A stretch of 64,000 bases of DNA, from the NCBI GenBank assembly GCA_943704425.1, contig CALSCP010002175.1, forward strand, positions 62,674 through 126,673, read 5' to 3'. Below, one piece after another: positions 24,142 to 38,326 of this stretch. The notes beneath the pieces were generated by a model that saw only the letters and a program-made list of their open reading frames with translations, was not told where the DNA came from and did no database searches. Every line of letters begins with the position of its first letter. Position 1 is the stretch's first letter. Position numbers and translations under genes: made by a program. The DNA is from Ministeria vibrans ATCC 50519. Lineage: Eukaryota > Protista > Filasterea.

Positions 24142-24337
24142 ACGGATATATTAATAAGTTTTACGGTTATATAAAGACAAAATGAAGTGAATTAGTTCTC
24201 AGATAATCACAATTGTTTTTGTTTGTTTTGATTTTTGCATTTTCATCAACTCCACTAAAAAATTTAAAAATAGTTTCAGTTTCTATTTGACTATTCGGCG
24301 CCTCAATCTTTATTGAGACACTTGTATCCAACGGAGC

Positions 24338-24605
24338 ATGTCCAGCGCATTGGACGAGCAGCTGGCGACAGGCATCCGCGATGCGCTGAGCCGCTTAGGG
24401 TTGAAATTGATCATCGTGGCGCGCATCAAAAAGTCCGTCCTCGAACTGCTCACTGCCCTCAGCGAGCCTGCCTGCCACGCCGCCGTGGCGACAGCCTTTG
24501 TTGCCGAATGCAAGATGCTCACAGCGGGCACTCAGGACGCGTTTTTGAGCCTGATGCGCCGAGTCATTGACAACACCAAAGGCACCTCCTCAACAACAAC
24601 AACAT

Positions 24606-24647
<42 letters not shown>

Positions 24648-27600
24648 CTTCAGCCGCCTGCGCATCCTCTTCCCCTACTGTGCCGCCGCCCCCCATTTTG
24701 CCACGCCACCTCGACGGAACTGTCTTCAGAGTGACGCGCGACACGATTCAGTGCCGTGTCGACTACTCCTCGACGGAACAACGCAAGCATTTCCCTTCGG
24801 AGCTCTCTGCTCGCCTCAATCAAGCCGCCCAGCCATGGGGGTATGCCCTTCGCTCTGATGACAAGGTCCGCCTTGCAGTGGGACCAGCCAGAGGGCAGAC
24901 AAAGAAAATTTACGTCCATTCTGTCACTGTCACAAAGATCTCATCGCCCGTGCCTCGTCCGAGGGACATTTTGGTCGCCTTCGAGAACGACAATCCGACT
25001 CGCATTATTGAGATTCTTGCTGACGGCGGCGAAGCGGTTCTTGAGGCTCTGCTCACGCATGACTCGAGAGAGTGGATCAACACAACGCACCTTGCCCAAT
25101 TCATCCGTGCGTGTGAGGCCGCACTCTCGTGTCCCACTGCAAACTTGCAGATGACGCGTCGGCAAACGCTTGCCGCACTCATTGGCGACAGTGAATTTTT
25201 CACCGTTGCTCTCGTTCGTCTGGCACCCAAGCTCAGTTGCGCTCGCCTCCCGGTTCTCGAGCTTATGAAGCTTATGCGTCTCATTGTGCTCAGTGCGCCA
25301 CACCTCTCGCCCCACATTGTGTCTATGTGTCGCGCACTCAGCGTCAACCCCTTGGTGCGCCTTGATCCCAGTGCCATTCTCGACATCTTTGATCCGCTTG
25401 CCGACGAGTATGCGCGCAAGGACACGCGCGCACGCACACCGGCCTCCATTCACCGCCAACTCCAACAACAAGACTACACCAAACTCTCTCTGATCCCACA
25501 CGTTTCCGAACTACGCTGGCCCCTACCCCTTAACATGCTTCCCGACGCTCAAATTCACTATGAAAGCGCTCACACCATGCTCGACACACTCTTCAAGCTC
25601 TACCGTGCCGATGCCTTCCTCCAACTCCAAGCTCTCGTCGTGGAGCACATCAACAGCAAAAAAAGCACGCCTGCTTCGCCATCCAAGCGCGTAGGTACGG
25701 CTAGCACAAGTCGCAACTATGTGCACACGAACGTGCAGTTTGTCGGCTTTCATCAGACAGAGCGAGTCTACATGCACGCTCAACGCAACTGGAGTGTGCT
25801 ACTGCGTCTCGACCGCAAGCCGAGCTCCTCCTCCCTTATGTACGGCAACCTTCTTGCTGTGTCGCCCAACGGCTCTTTTGCGCAACACAACACTCTCTTT
25901 GTCGCCATTGAGCGTGATGACGACAAAGGCTCTTCCAAGAAGCTCCTCATTCGAGTGCGACTGCTGCAGACTCCCACCTCACCCGATGCGACCACTGCAT
26001 TGCTAATGCTAGCCCACAGTCCGTCGCTAACCTGCATTGAGAGCCCCGTCTTTTTCGTTGCCTTTGCCTCAGTCATGACTGCTCTTCAGCGTCTCTCCGA
26101 CACCTCGCTGCCGTTCCCCGACGATCTCGCTGCTCCAGCCAACCTACCCTCTACCGCATCTGCTCCTCCTGCATACGTCACTGAGCAAACAAACAACACC
26201 TGTGATTGGAGCATCATCTTTCCAGGTGCTTCCAAGGGTCCGTGCACGCCCAAGCACCTTGCCTTGTTGCGCACCTCCATGACCGCTTCCCACCTGGACG
26301 TGAGTCAACTTGAAGCTCTTGAACACATCCTCTCGCATCGCCTCGCGCTTGTTCAGGGGCCCCCTGGCACCGGCAAGAGCCGCCTTGCTTCTCACCTTGT
26401 TGCGTTGCTCCTTTCCAACCCTACGCAAGACCGTCCCATTGTGGTCATCACATACAAGAACAAGGCTCTCGATGACTTTTGTCTCTCCTGTATGGAACTT
26501 GCGGGTCTTTCTCCAGGCGAGCTTGTTCGTCTCGGTAGTCGCTCTCAAGACCCAAAGGTGAGGGATGGGGGATGATTGTTTTCGGCTCTTTCAGCTTACA
26601 TCACCACTTTGTACGACTTCAATAGATTGCCGAATGCAGTGCGTCGAAACTGTTGTGGAAAACGCTCACCCACGAGCAACGGAGCTCAGTGAAGCGACTT
26701 GAGGAACAACTGTCGCCGGACAATCTACCGCTTGAGGAGGAAGTAGAGAGGTCCATTGCGAAACTTGAAGACGCTCTGTCACTGGAGTGTGCGGTTGAGG
26801 CGTTGCTTGAGGTGTGGACGGACCGTGCGGAGCTAGTCAGCGAATTGATGGCGCTGGTGGAGCCGCCGTCGTCGTTGAGTGCATCAAAGAAGAGTAATAG
26901 AGGAGCGGTCGACTTGGACAAGAAGGAGACGTTGGAGATGCTCATTGCCGAGTTTCAGTCAATGGAGCCCGGGCAAATGCTCGATGTGGTGCGCGGGGAT
27001 GAACAGTCTCAAGTGAGAGGAAGTCTGAAAGAGCGTCGTTTTCTGATGCTCAACTGGCTCACCAAAGCAGTCGCTACGTGGCTCGATGTTGCACACTGCT
27101 CTGACGCTGCCACTGGCTTCCTCGATGACCAGACCGACGACACCGTTGCCAGTGCGCCTGACAGTGACATTTTGCACGATATCAATGACCTCGAGATGTC
27201 GCAGAACGAAGAGCGCTCGTCGACTGTGCACGAGCGTGTGGCGGCCACGAGCGAGTCGCTGGGCAACGACTTGACGAAGGAAAAGGGAAAGCGCGCAAAA
27301 GAGATGGACATAGGCGATGGTGTCGCGAAGGGACAGCCAGATGACTATCGACGTCCAGTGAGCGAGTCGGTCGAGTTGCTTACGCACGCCGTCCTGAGCG
27401 CCCTTCGTCTTGACGCTCAGCCGAACACCACAAGCACGGCCGACGGCGACGATGCCACTTTGTTGGCCTCCATGTCACCGTTAACGTCACTGTCACACCC
27501 ACGGAGCCTTGCGTCAAGCGCACCGGCCGAACGTCGCCTCTACCTCGGAGGTGTGCTTCTTGCCACAGGCCGAGTATCGCAGCTTTGCTCCCACATTAAG

Positions 27601-30208
27601 CGACAGCTTGCCACTGCTGACTCGCTGCACGCTCAGCTCATTGAGCAATATCAAGAGGCGCTCAAGTCGCTCTTGAGCCGTGCTCGCATTGTGGCCATGA
27701 CGACCACAGGTATGACAAGAGACTAATCCCAGCGCATCATTATATTATTTTTACTATTAGTATTAGTATTAGTATTATTATTACTTATTCTTATTATTCT
27801 TATTCTTATTCTTATTCTTGTCCTTATTCTTATTCTTATTATTATTATTATTATTATATTATTATATTATTTATGTTTTTCATGCTCCAACTTTTTTTTT
27901 TCTCTTTCTGCAGGCGCTGCCATTCACGATCGCCTTGTGCGGTCCATTGAAGGCCGTGTGCTTGTTGTGGAGGAGGCGGCGGAAATTTTGGAACCACAGT
28001 TGTTGGCGTGCCTTCACGAGCGGATTGAACACGTCATTCAGATTGGCGATCACTTGCAGTTGCAGCCAACGGTGAACACGCACCGTCTCAAGGTCGACAA
28101 GAAGTTTCGCTGGTCTCTCTTTGAGCGTCTCGTCAAGGCGAAGCGTCCCTTTGCCACCCTGCGCTTCCAAGGACGCCAGCTGCCCACTCTTGTGCCGCTG
28201 CTCCAGCAGGTGCACACTGGCTACAAAGGTCTCGAGTCCAACATGAACTCGGTCGCACACCTCAAGGCCATCAATTGTCTCTACCCTCAAGAGGCTCCTT
28301 TTACCTTTCTCGCTCATTCCAATCGATCACAGGCCATGTACAATGAGCACGAAGCATTCCTTGTCCTGCAGCTGCTCCACCTCCTTACGACTGGCTCGAA
28401 TCCCCCTGTCATCCTTAACAAAGTGACCGTTCTCGCTGGCTACGCTCGTCAGGTCTGTCGAGAAAGAGAAATAATCCGTGATGTTTTATAATAATTTATT
28501 ATTATTATTATTATTTTATCAAATTGATGTGACTTTGACCATTCTGTTATTATTAGTGTTATTGATGTGATTTTGGCCTTTATTATTATAATTTTTTATT
28601 ATTTATTATTATTATTATAATTATTATTATTATTATTGTAGACATTGATTGATGTGACTTTGATCATTCTGTAGGTTGAATTGTTGAAGAAGTTGTTGTC
28701 GAACCACGACATGTCGGAAGCGACAGTGATGACAGTCGACGCAGCCCAGGGTGCCGAGAACGACGTAGTGATTGTGTCGCTGGTGCGAAGCGCTGGTGCA
28801 GGGACGCCCATTGGGTTCATGAGCACAAACAATCGCATTGTGGTGCTGGCTTCGCGTGCGCGACGTGCTCTCTACCTGGTCGGCCACGGCGAAACATTTA
28901 AGTCTGCTCGCAAGTCTGTTTGGCCCAATCTCATCAAGTTTATGAGCACCAAATCAGCCGTGGTCTCCCAGCTTGACTACGTCTGTCCTGTACATGGGCG
29001 CACCAAGAACACCTTTTCACTCAAAGCAAACGGTATGATAATATAATAATTATTAGAATAATTAGAATTATATAATAATTATTAATGATATTTAAACAAC
29101 AATAAACAACCAAAGGTGCGTCTACCGGTCTTGACACTCTCTTTGTAGTGCCTCAACAGCAGCAGTGGAAACCACCTCTATTGTGCTGCGAACAAGTGAA
29201 GCTGAATTGCAAGCACACAGCTCTGTGTAGTGAAGCCACAGCCTCCTTGTTTGTCTGTCGCGACTGTATCAAACCCGTTATGACCGTACGAAAAGTGACA
29301 AAACCAAAATATTATTATGTTATTAATTATTTATTTATTTATTTTGGGGGGGACCTTGTTCTTTGTGATCTTTTCAGGGCAACAGAGTGCCGCCCTCTTA
29401 CTGGACAAGCATCAAGGCGAACAAGCGTCCCGATCATGGCAAAGAGTTTTTTGATGTAACAGACTCTATGCGACATTGCGTGGAGGACCTGATGAATGCG
29501 ACCGCCGAGCCCGCAACGCACGGCACCGGTGCCGACTCGCACAAGGAAATATTTATCAAGTTTAAGGTGCTCAAAGTGGAGCGGTGTGAAAACTGGCCGC
29601 TGTGGGAACGCTATGCACAGTATCGTCGACAGCGCCTGGAGGAGTTGGTTGGAGAGAGAGCTGTGCTGCGCGACGAATACGAAACGCAGCTGCAAAAGGG
29701 CATTTTGAAGACGCACGAAGTATTGACGGACGCCTGGCGCAGGGGAGATGATAAGATGCACAGCTTTTGCGAGTCTCGTGCGAACGAACATTTTTTGTTT
29801 CACGGGACGGATGCTGCCGCGAGCAACAACATTGGCAGTGGGGGTTTTATCGACAAGATTGGCAAAGGCATGTTCGGCGAAGGCTGTTACTTTGCCGAGC
29901 GATCGTCCAAGTCAGACCATTACACGGGGACTTCACCTCCTTACACTATGTTTGTCGCTCGCGTCACTCTGGGTCTCTACCACGAGCAGCTACATTCAGA
30001 CAACACTTTGAAAATGCCGCCTTGCTCTCGCCCGTACTGCCACGACTTCAAGTTGTGTGCGTCACAGCGTCACGTACGCCCTCACAGTGTCGTCTTTGTG
30101 GCTGGCCAGCGACCCCAATCCCATCCTGCTCGCTTCCGTGAGTTTATTGTGTACGACAAGGCGGCCGCCTACCCCGAGTATCGCGTGACCTACAAGAGGG
30201 TGACATGA
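24338..30208 (+). CDS. ZNFX1-like (Upf1-type SF1) helicase fused to a C-terminal PARP catalytic domain (H-Y-E)
   Basis: ZNFX1-like motifs LDTLFKLYRADAF, LMYGNLL, IESPVFF...ALQ...LPF, QGPPGTGKS, RLGSRS, MTTTG|AA, VVEEAAEILE, IGDHLQLQP, SLFERL, TVDAAQGAENDVVIVSLVRS and SRAR. In-frame GT-AG splicing through a small Cys exon (about 29116/29148-29285) reaches exon 29378-30208 with FLFHGT, GMFGEGCYFAERSSKSDHY, MFVARVTLG and FREFIVYD...YPEY. Confidence 0.88.
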
Positions 30209-30599
30209 AAGTGACATATTGAATGAAACCCAATGCAAACCCAAGCAAGGGTGAAATACTTTCAAAAAGCTTAACCGTATTTAGTGACTAGCTATGGCTA
30301 GCTAGGGGTAAGATGATAAAACAGTGACAGGAATCCCATTATATTAATGGAGTCACAGAAGGAAAAGTAAAATATAAATAATTTTATTGATCTTTTCGAA
30401 TTTCGCCGCAACAGAGGTAAGCCCGCCTCAGACGAACCCCAAATCTCCAAAGAATGAAGCGCCCATATAGATCCACAAAAAATAAATCAAAATAATTAAT
30501 TAAAATAATTATTTAGATTTTAGAATAAGTCAAATTATTTCGTCCTCTTCCTTTTTTGTCGCCCCCCCTTAGTGTACCTCCCCGCTCGAAGAGGAGAGC

Positions 30600-31959
30600 A
30601 TGTCGGGAATCGGCGCAGCGACGGTGCGATCTACATTTTGCTGAAAAAAAAGAAACTGGTTTTGTCGACCAGTGTTTTCCGCTCGTTTAACACACACCCC
30701 GGCTTTGCCCTACCACGCCCTGTGTCTGCTGCATGTCCTCCCATCGCGCTTTTGCCTCAATCTTCGCCGATTGTCTTTGTTGAACCGGCTTTTTTTTTTT
30801 CTCACCTTCAAATGTTTCGCTCCTGCAAACGTCCGGACTTCTTACCGCATTTCCAAGCCGCATGCGGACTCTTCTTGGTGAAAAAATGTTGATTGGCGCG
30901 CGCGGGCTAGAGGGTGACGCTGTTGGAGTGGCAAATGGCGCAAAATCAACATTGGCTTCGACCGTCTGTGTTCAACTTACGTCTCTCCTTCGCTTCTACA
31001 GCAAAAGTATGCGGACGCCGTCATCAAGGATGTCATTGCGAGTATTCGTGAAGAGTTTCTTGCGCAGGGAGTTGGCGAGGATGTCGTGGATGATCTGCAA
31101 GAGGTACACAACGACAGCAGGAGATTGGTGGACGAGACACTGACCTTTCGATCAACTGCAGTTGTGGAGAGAGAAACTGAACCAGGCAAGAGTATTTCCG
31201 ACGTCGGCCAATGTGGTGTACGCTCCAGCAAGTCGTGCGCGCGGAACCGTAATCAAGCGAGAGAGAGAGGAGAAAGAAACAAAGTGATAGAGAGAGAGAG
31301 AGAGAGCGAGAACACAAACCTCAACTCATCATTCCTTGTTACATATATGCAGTCAAGCAAAACCAACGACAAAAACACGACAGGCACAAACACAGACGCA
31401 AGCACATCATCAGGTGACAACCCAACAACAACAGCAGCAGCAGGAGCAACATTGCCGTATCCCCTGCGCAACAGCACAGCCGATCAGACCCCCTCTGTCC
31501 CCGCATCACTCGCCGCGCTCCCTTCGCTCCCGCTTGCTCCTTCCGCCTCACTCGCCGCCACTCCCACACTGGGTATCCACTATCTTCCGAAATCTCCATC
31601 CCAGTCCCTTATATTCCTTGCGATCGTATTCCTTGTGGGGCACCACTAACAACACACATTCACAGATAAACCCAAAGACGGATCAACGAGCAAAAAATCG
31701 GCTATGGATCTGCGCACTGAGGGTATGATTGATCCAGACGACGACGACAACAGCTCACTGGGCGATGATGATGATGACGATGAGCCTGATGATGTGAGTG
31801 AGAGCGAGAGAGTGTCTGTGATTATCATGAAGACTGTGCATTTTTGTTGTTTTACATGTTGCTCACTGTCTTTTTTGTGTTTAGAATCCTGATGAATTTT
31901 TGGTCTGTCAGTACACTAAAGTAACGCGAAAGAAGACCCAATGGAAATGTCAATTGAAG
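30600..31959 (+). CDS. TOA1: Transcription factor IIA large (alpha/beta) subunit; last exon not found
   Basis: Spliced AVIKDVIASIREEFLAQGVGEDVVDDLQE|LWREKL, an acidic tract, and EFLVCQYTKVTRKKTQWKCQLK. The first exon at 30600 is tentative. Confidence 0.85.
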
Positions 31960-32024
31960 GTAGACACTCATTAAATATAAAAATAATATTATAAAACATT
32001 ATAATAATAATACTAATAATAATA

Positions 32025-32075
32025 CTCTCTCTCTTTCTATCACTTTGTTTCTTTCTCCCTCTCTCTCTCTCTCTC

Positions 32076-32164
<89 letters not shown>

Positions 32165-32186
32165 ATCACTTTGTTTCTTTCTCCCC

Positions 32187-32281
<95 letters not shown>
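32025..32281. repeat. (CT)n microsatellite; likely collapsed assembly join
   Basis: Seen directly; both flanking convergent genes lose their 3' ends here. Confidence 0.9.
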
Positions 32282-32285
<4 letters not shown>

Positions 32286-32331
32286 AATATAATGTATTGT
32301 CCCTCGCTCTCTCTCTCTGCATCTTTCTTAC

Positions 32332-33105
32332 CTGAGGTCGCTCAATGACTTCTGCCTCGCGAATGACAATAGAGTAGCCGCGAAAGTAACCCGCGTAGAG
32401 ACGACGGGGTGACTGCGAGGCCAGTTGGCTCATAAGACGAGGAACATACACATAGCTGTCGTCGTCAATCTGCACAATGGGAGTCGCTTGAGACACAGCA
32501 AAAACGTACAGACTACGGACCTTTGTGAGCCATTTGAAACGAAAGTGGGTTCGTGCGTGCTTGATGGAGAGAATGACTTTGGTAGTGAGGTTGCCGTAGG
32601 ACTCCCTGTAGTCGTCGAGAAGCACAATGTCGTTGTGCTGGGCGAGTTCTTCGCGGAAGAGCCGAGCGCGTCGCCGCTTCACCATGTCCGACGTGTTCTC
32701 GTCGCTCTCGAAGCCTAAGATGCCCACGTAGAAGCGGAGGATGCAGTGATGGCGTGGGGTTGGATCGGACGCACCCTGTGGCGAGCAGTAGCGTCCGTAC
32801 GTGTCGCGAATCACCTTGCGAAAGGCCAATCGGTCGAGGTGAGTGATCGACACCAAAAGCAGGTCTGTCTCGGCCAAACACTCGGCAGCGCCCTTTCCCG
32901 CGCCACACTGCGGTGTCTGTTCCAGATTGACACCCAGTGTGTCGGTTACGGCCCGTCGCATTCGTCTCGGAGCGGAGGAGGGCGCCACATCGACTTCGCG
33001 CACGCCGACGGGATTCACAGGTGCCTCTGGCCCTCCCGACGACAGCAACAGGGCAACAAGCCAGCCCACGATCAGACCCAAAAGGACTGCTCCAAACGGG
33101 CGCAT
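32332..33105 (-). CDS. GT31 beta-1,3-galactosyltransferase family, type II membrane protein, 3'-incomplete
   Basis: N-terminal TM, RKVIRDTYG, FYVG, EELAQHNDIVLLDDYRESYGNLTTKV, WLTK|IDDDSYV and LYAGYF. Confidence 0.85.
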
Positions 33106-33184
33106 ATAATGTCAAAAAATGAATGAAAGTATGAAACCAGTCCTCAAACTGAAACCACCAAAGTGAAATTGTGTAAACAATCAT

Positions 33185-35500
<2,316 letters not shown>

Positions 35501-35696
35501 GCCGACAGCGTCCGCAGACGACGACCTAATGCATGAAGCATACTTGACAGTAAAGAGAGGATCAAGGGAGAAAATCGATTGAATGTTTATTGTTTAATGT
35601 TGAGTGTTGAGTGTTGAATTTTTGATGAGAAAGAATATTAACAATAGAACCGTTGAATAGTTATTATTTTCGCTTTTGCTTTGCTTGTCCAGGACC

Positions 35697-37390
35697 ATGT
35701 CTGAACCGACTGGTGAGACGTCCAAGCGTCCCAAGGGTAAGGATATTTTGCGTACAGGAAATGGGTTTCTCTTTCTGACTCTCTCTTTCCCTCTCTCTCC
35801 TCTCTCCTCCCGTCTGATTCTTGGCGGGTGCAGACACGGCGTTCCGCCAGCAGCGGCTGCCGGCCTGGCACCCCTTAATAACGCCCAAGTCGGTCATTCC
35901 CGTGTTTCTTCTTGTCGCAGTCGTCTTTGTGCCCCTCGGCATCGGCATGCTCGTCACCACCAACGCCGTATGTGCCATTCCCCTCCCCCTTGACCCCTCC
36001 ACTCTCTCCATTTCGTCGTCTGTGTTGTGTTGGCGCAAAAGGGGAATTTTTTTTTCTGTCGTTTTGATGTTTTAAAAATATCCTCAACACAAAAGAGACT
36101 GAAGTGAGTGTCTATTCTGCAGCTGTCCGAGTACTCTTTCGACTATACCAACTGTGCGGCGCTCGAGGGAGGCGGTACGTGTGCATCGCAGGTAAGAACA
36201 GATTCTTTAGAATCAACCTTCAAACTGACACACAATCTACACAATATTTACACTATCACTTTGCTTCTCTCTCTCTATCACTCTCTCAAACTCTCAAACT
36301 CACACACACACACACACACTCACTCACTTTGTTTCTAAACCCTCCCCTCTCTTTTTCATACGCACAGGTCGCAATGGGCTTTCAAAACTGCACCTGTAAC
36401 ATCACCGTCACTATTCCCAAGACACTCGACGGCACCGTCTACATGTATTATGGCCTGACCAACTTTTACCAGGTACAAAAAGGGTTTTGTCTTGGTTTGT
36501 CATCATTTTCACCTTTCTTCTTCTTCTGTAGAACCACCGTCGCTACGTCAAGTCACGCGACGACGTTCAACTGAACGGCGCTCTTGCAGCCGCTAAGACG
36601 TGTGACCCTCTGACAAGTGCCGGCGGAGCGCCTTACGCGCCCTGTGGACTTATCGCCAACAGCATGTTTAACGGTACGAAACGACTGTGCACACTGCTTG
36701 CTTCTTACGTTACTTGCGTAGACACCCTCCGCCTTGTTCCAGCACTGGGCGGCCCGCCGATCTTCCAGAAGAGCACGGGGATTGCGTGGACGAGCGACGT
36801 TGACACCAAGTTCAACAACCCGCCGCCCAGCAGCAACCTGACGCTCGCCTTTGCCGGCTCCCTCCAGCCGCCCAACTGGCCCTTCTCGCCCGCCGAAATT
36901 GGCAACACCGCCGGGCACCCCAACGGCCCTGGCTTCAAGAACGAGGACTTTATTGTGTGGATGCGTGTGGCGGCTCTCCCCAACTTCCGCAAGCTTTACC
37001 GCATTCAAGAGAACGGTCTGCAGGCCGGCGACTACTTTCTCCTTGTAGACTACAGTACGCGCGCAAAAAATTCTCTCTCGTGTGTGTATGTGTCTTTGTG
37101 TGTGTGTGTGTCTTTGTGTGTCTTTGTGGTGCGTGTGTTTGTGTGTGACTGACCAGTGTGTGTGTGTGTGTGTTATGTGTTGCGTAGACTTCCCTGCGCT
37201 CAACTTTGAAGGCACCAAGTCGATGATTGTGACGCAGAGCAGTTGGATTGGCGGCAAAAGTGCATTTCTGGGCGTTGCGTACATTGTTGTTGGTGCTATA
37301 TGTCTGCTCATTGGCGCCTTCTTCATCCTCCTCAACCGCATCAAGCCCCGCGCTCTTGGCGATCCCGCCCTCCTCAAGTGGTCCTACTGA
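35697..37390 (+). CDS. CDC50: CDC50/LEM3 family P4-ATPase (flippase) beta subunit
   Basis: TAFRQQRLPAWHP, YYGLTNFYQ|NHRRYVKSRDDVQL, PCGLIANSMFN|DT, GIAWTSD, NEDFIVWMRVAALPNFRKLY, SWIGGK and two TM helices. Confidence 0.96.
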
Positions 37391-37512
37391 TCCTCTCTTT
37401 TTGTTTTTCGAAAATGAACGATTGTATTTTCTTTTCAGTACTATTACTTTTTAAAACGAACAAACATCACAATAACAGTACATTTTCATTTGGGTTTTTA
37501 TTATTTTGTCTC

Positions 37513-38275
37513 ATGTCCTCCCAACGAATCCTCACCCTCCAACAACACCTTACTCCTTTCTCCATGTCTGCCGCAAGCACTGCCGACCTCTCTAAAATCA
37601 ACAATCTCTCCAACGCAGATGCACAATTGTGCTTTGAACAGTACGCCAAAAACCATCACTCCACGCTCCTGTGTCTATCCCGCGTCTCCTATCCTCGCAG
37701 AGTATGTGCCAGCCAGGTATGGGCCTCGAGTATGGTACATCAACGTCCATTTGCCTCTCTAGCGGCGCTCATCGACACCGCCGAGCTTCTCTGGTTCGAA
37801 ACGTACGCGAAACACCGTTCGCAGCTGCTCACAGCCATCGCTGCGCACGGCACACTCGGCCAGGCGGTTGCTGAACAGCGTGATGCTGTCAATCATGCCC
37901 ACGACGGCGATCTAGCGACGCTACGTCAAGCAAATGAGCAATACGAGACGCGACACGGTCACAAGTGCATTGTGTTTGCGTCGGGTCTCACTGTGCCCGC
38001 CATGATCAGTGCCGTCCGCTCACGACTTGGCAACTCTGTCGACACTGAGTTTGATCTATGTGCTCAACAGGTAGGCACACGCGCGCACCACAAAGACATA
38101 CACACACACCACAAAGACATACACACCACAAAGACACACACACCACAGAGACATACGCACACACCACAAAGACACACTCACACACCACAAAGACACACAC
38201 ACACCACAAAGACATACACACACGCACCACAAAGACATACACACACACCACAAAGACATAAACACACACCACAAA

Positions 38276-38326
<51 letters not shown>

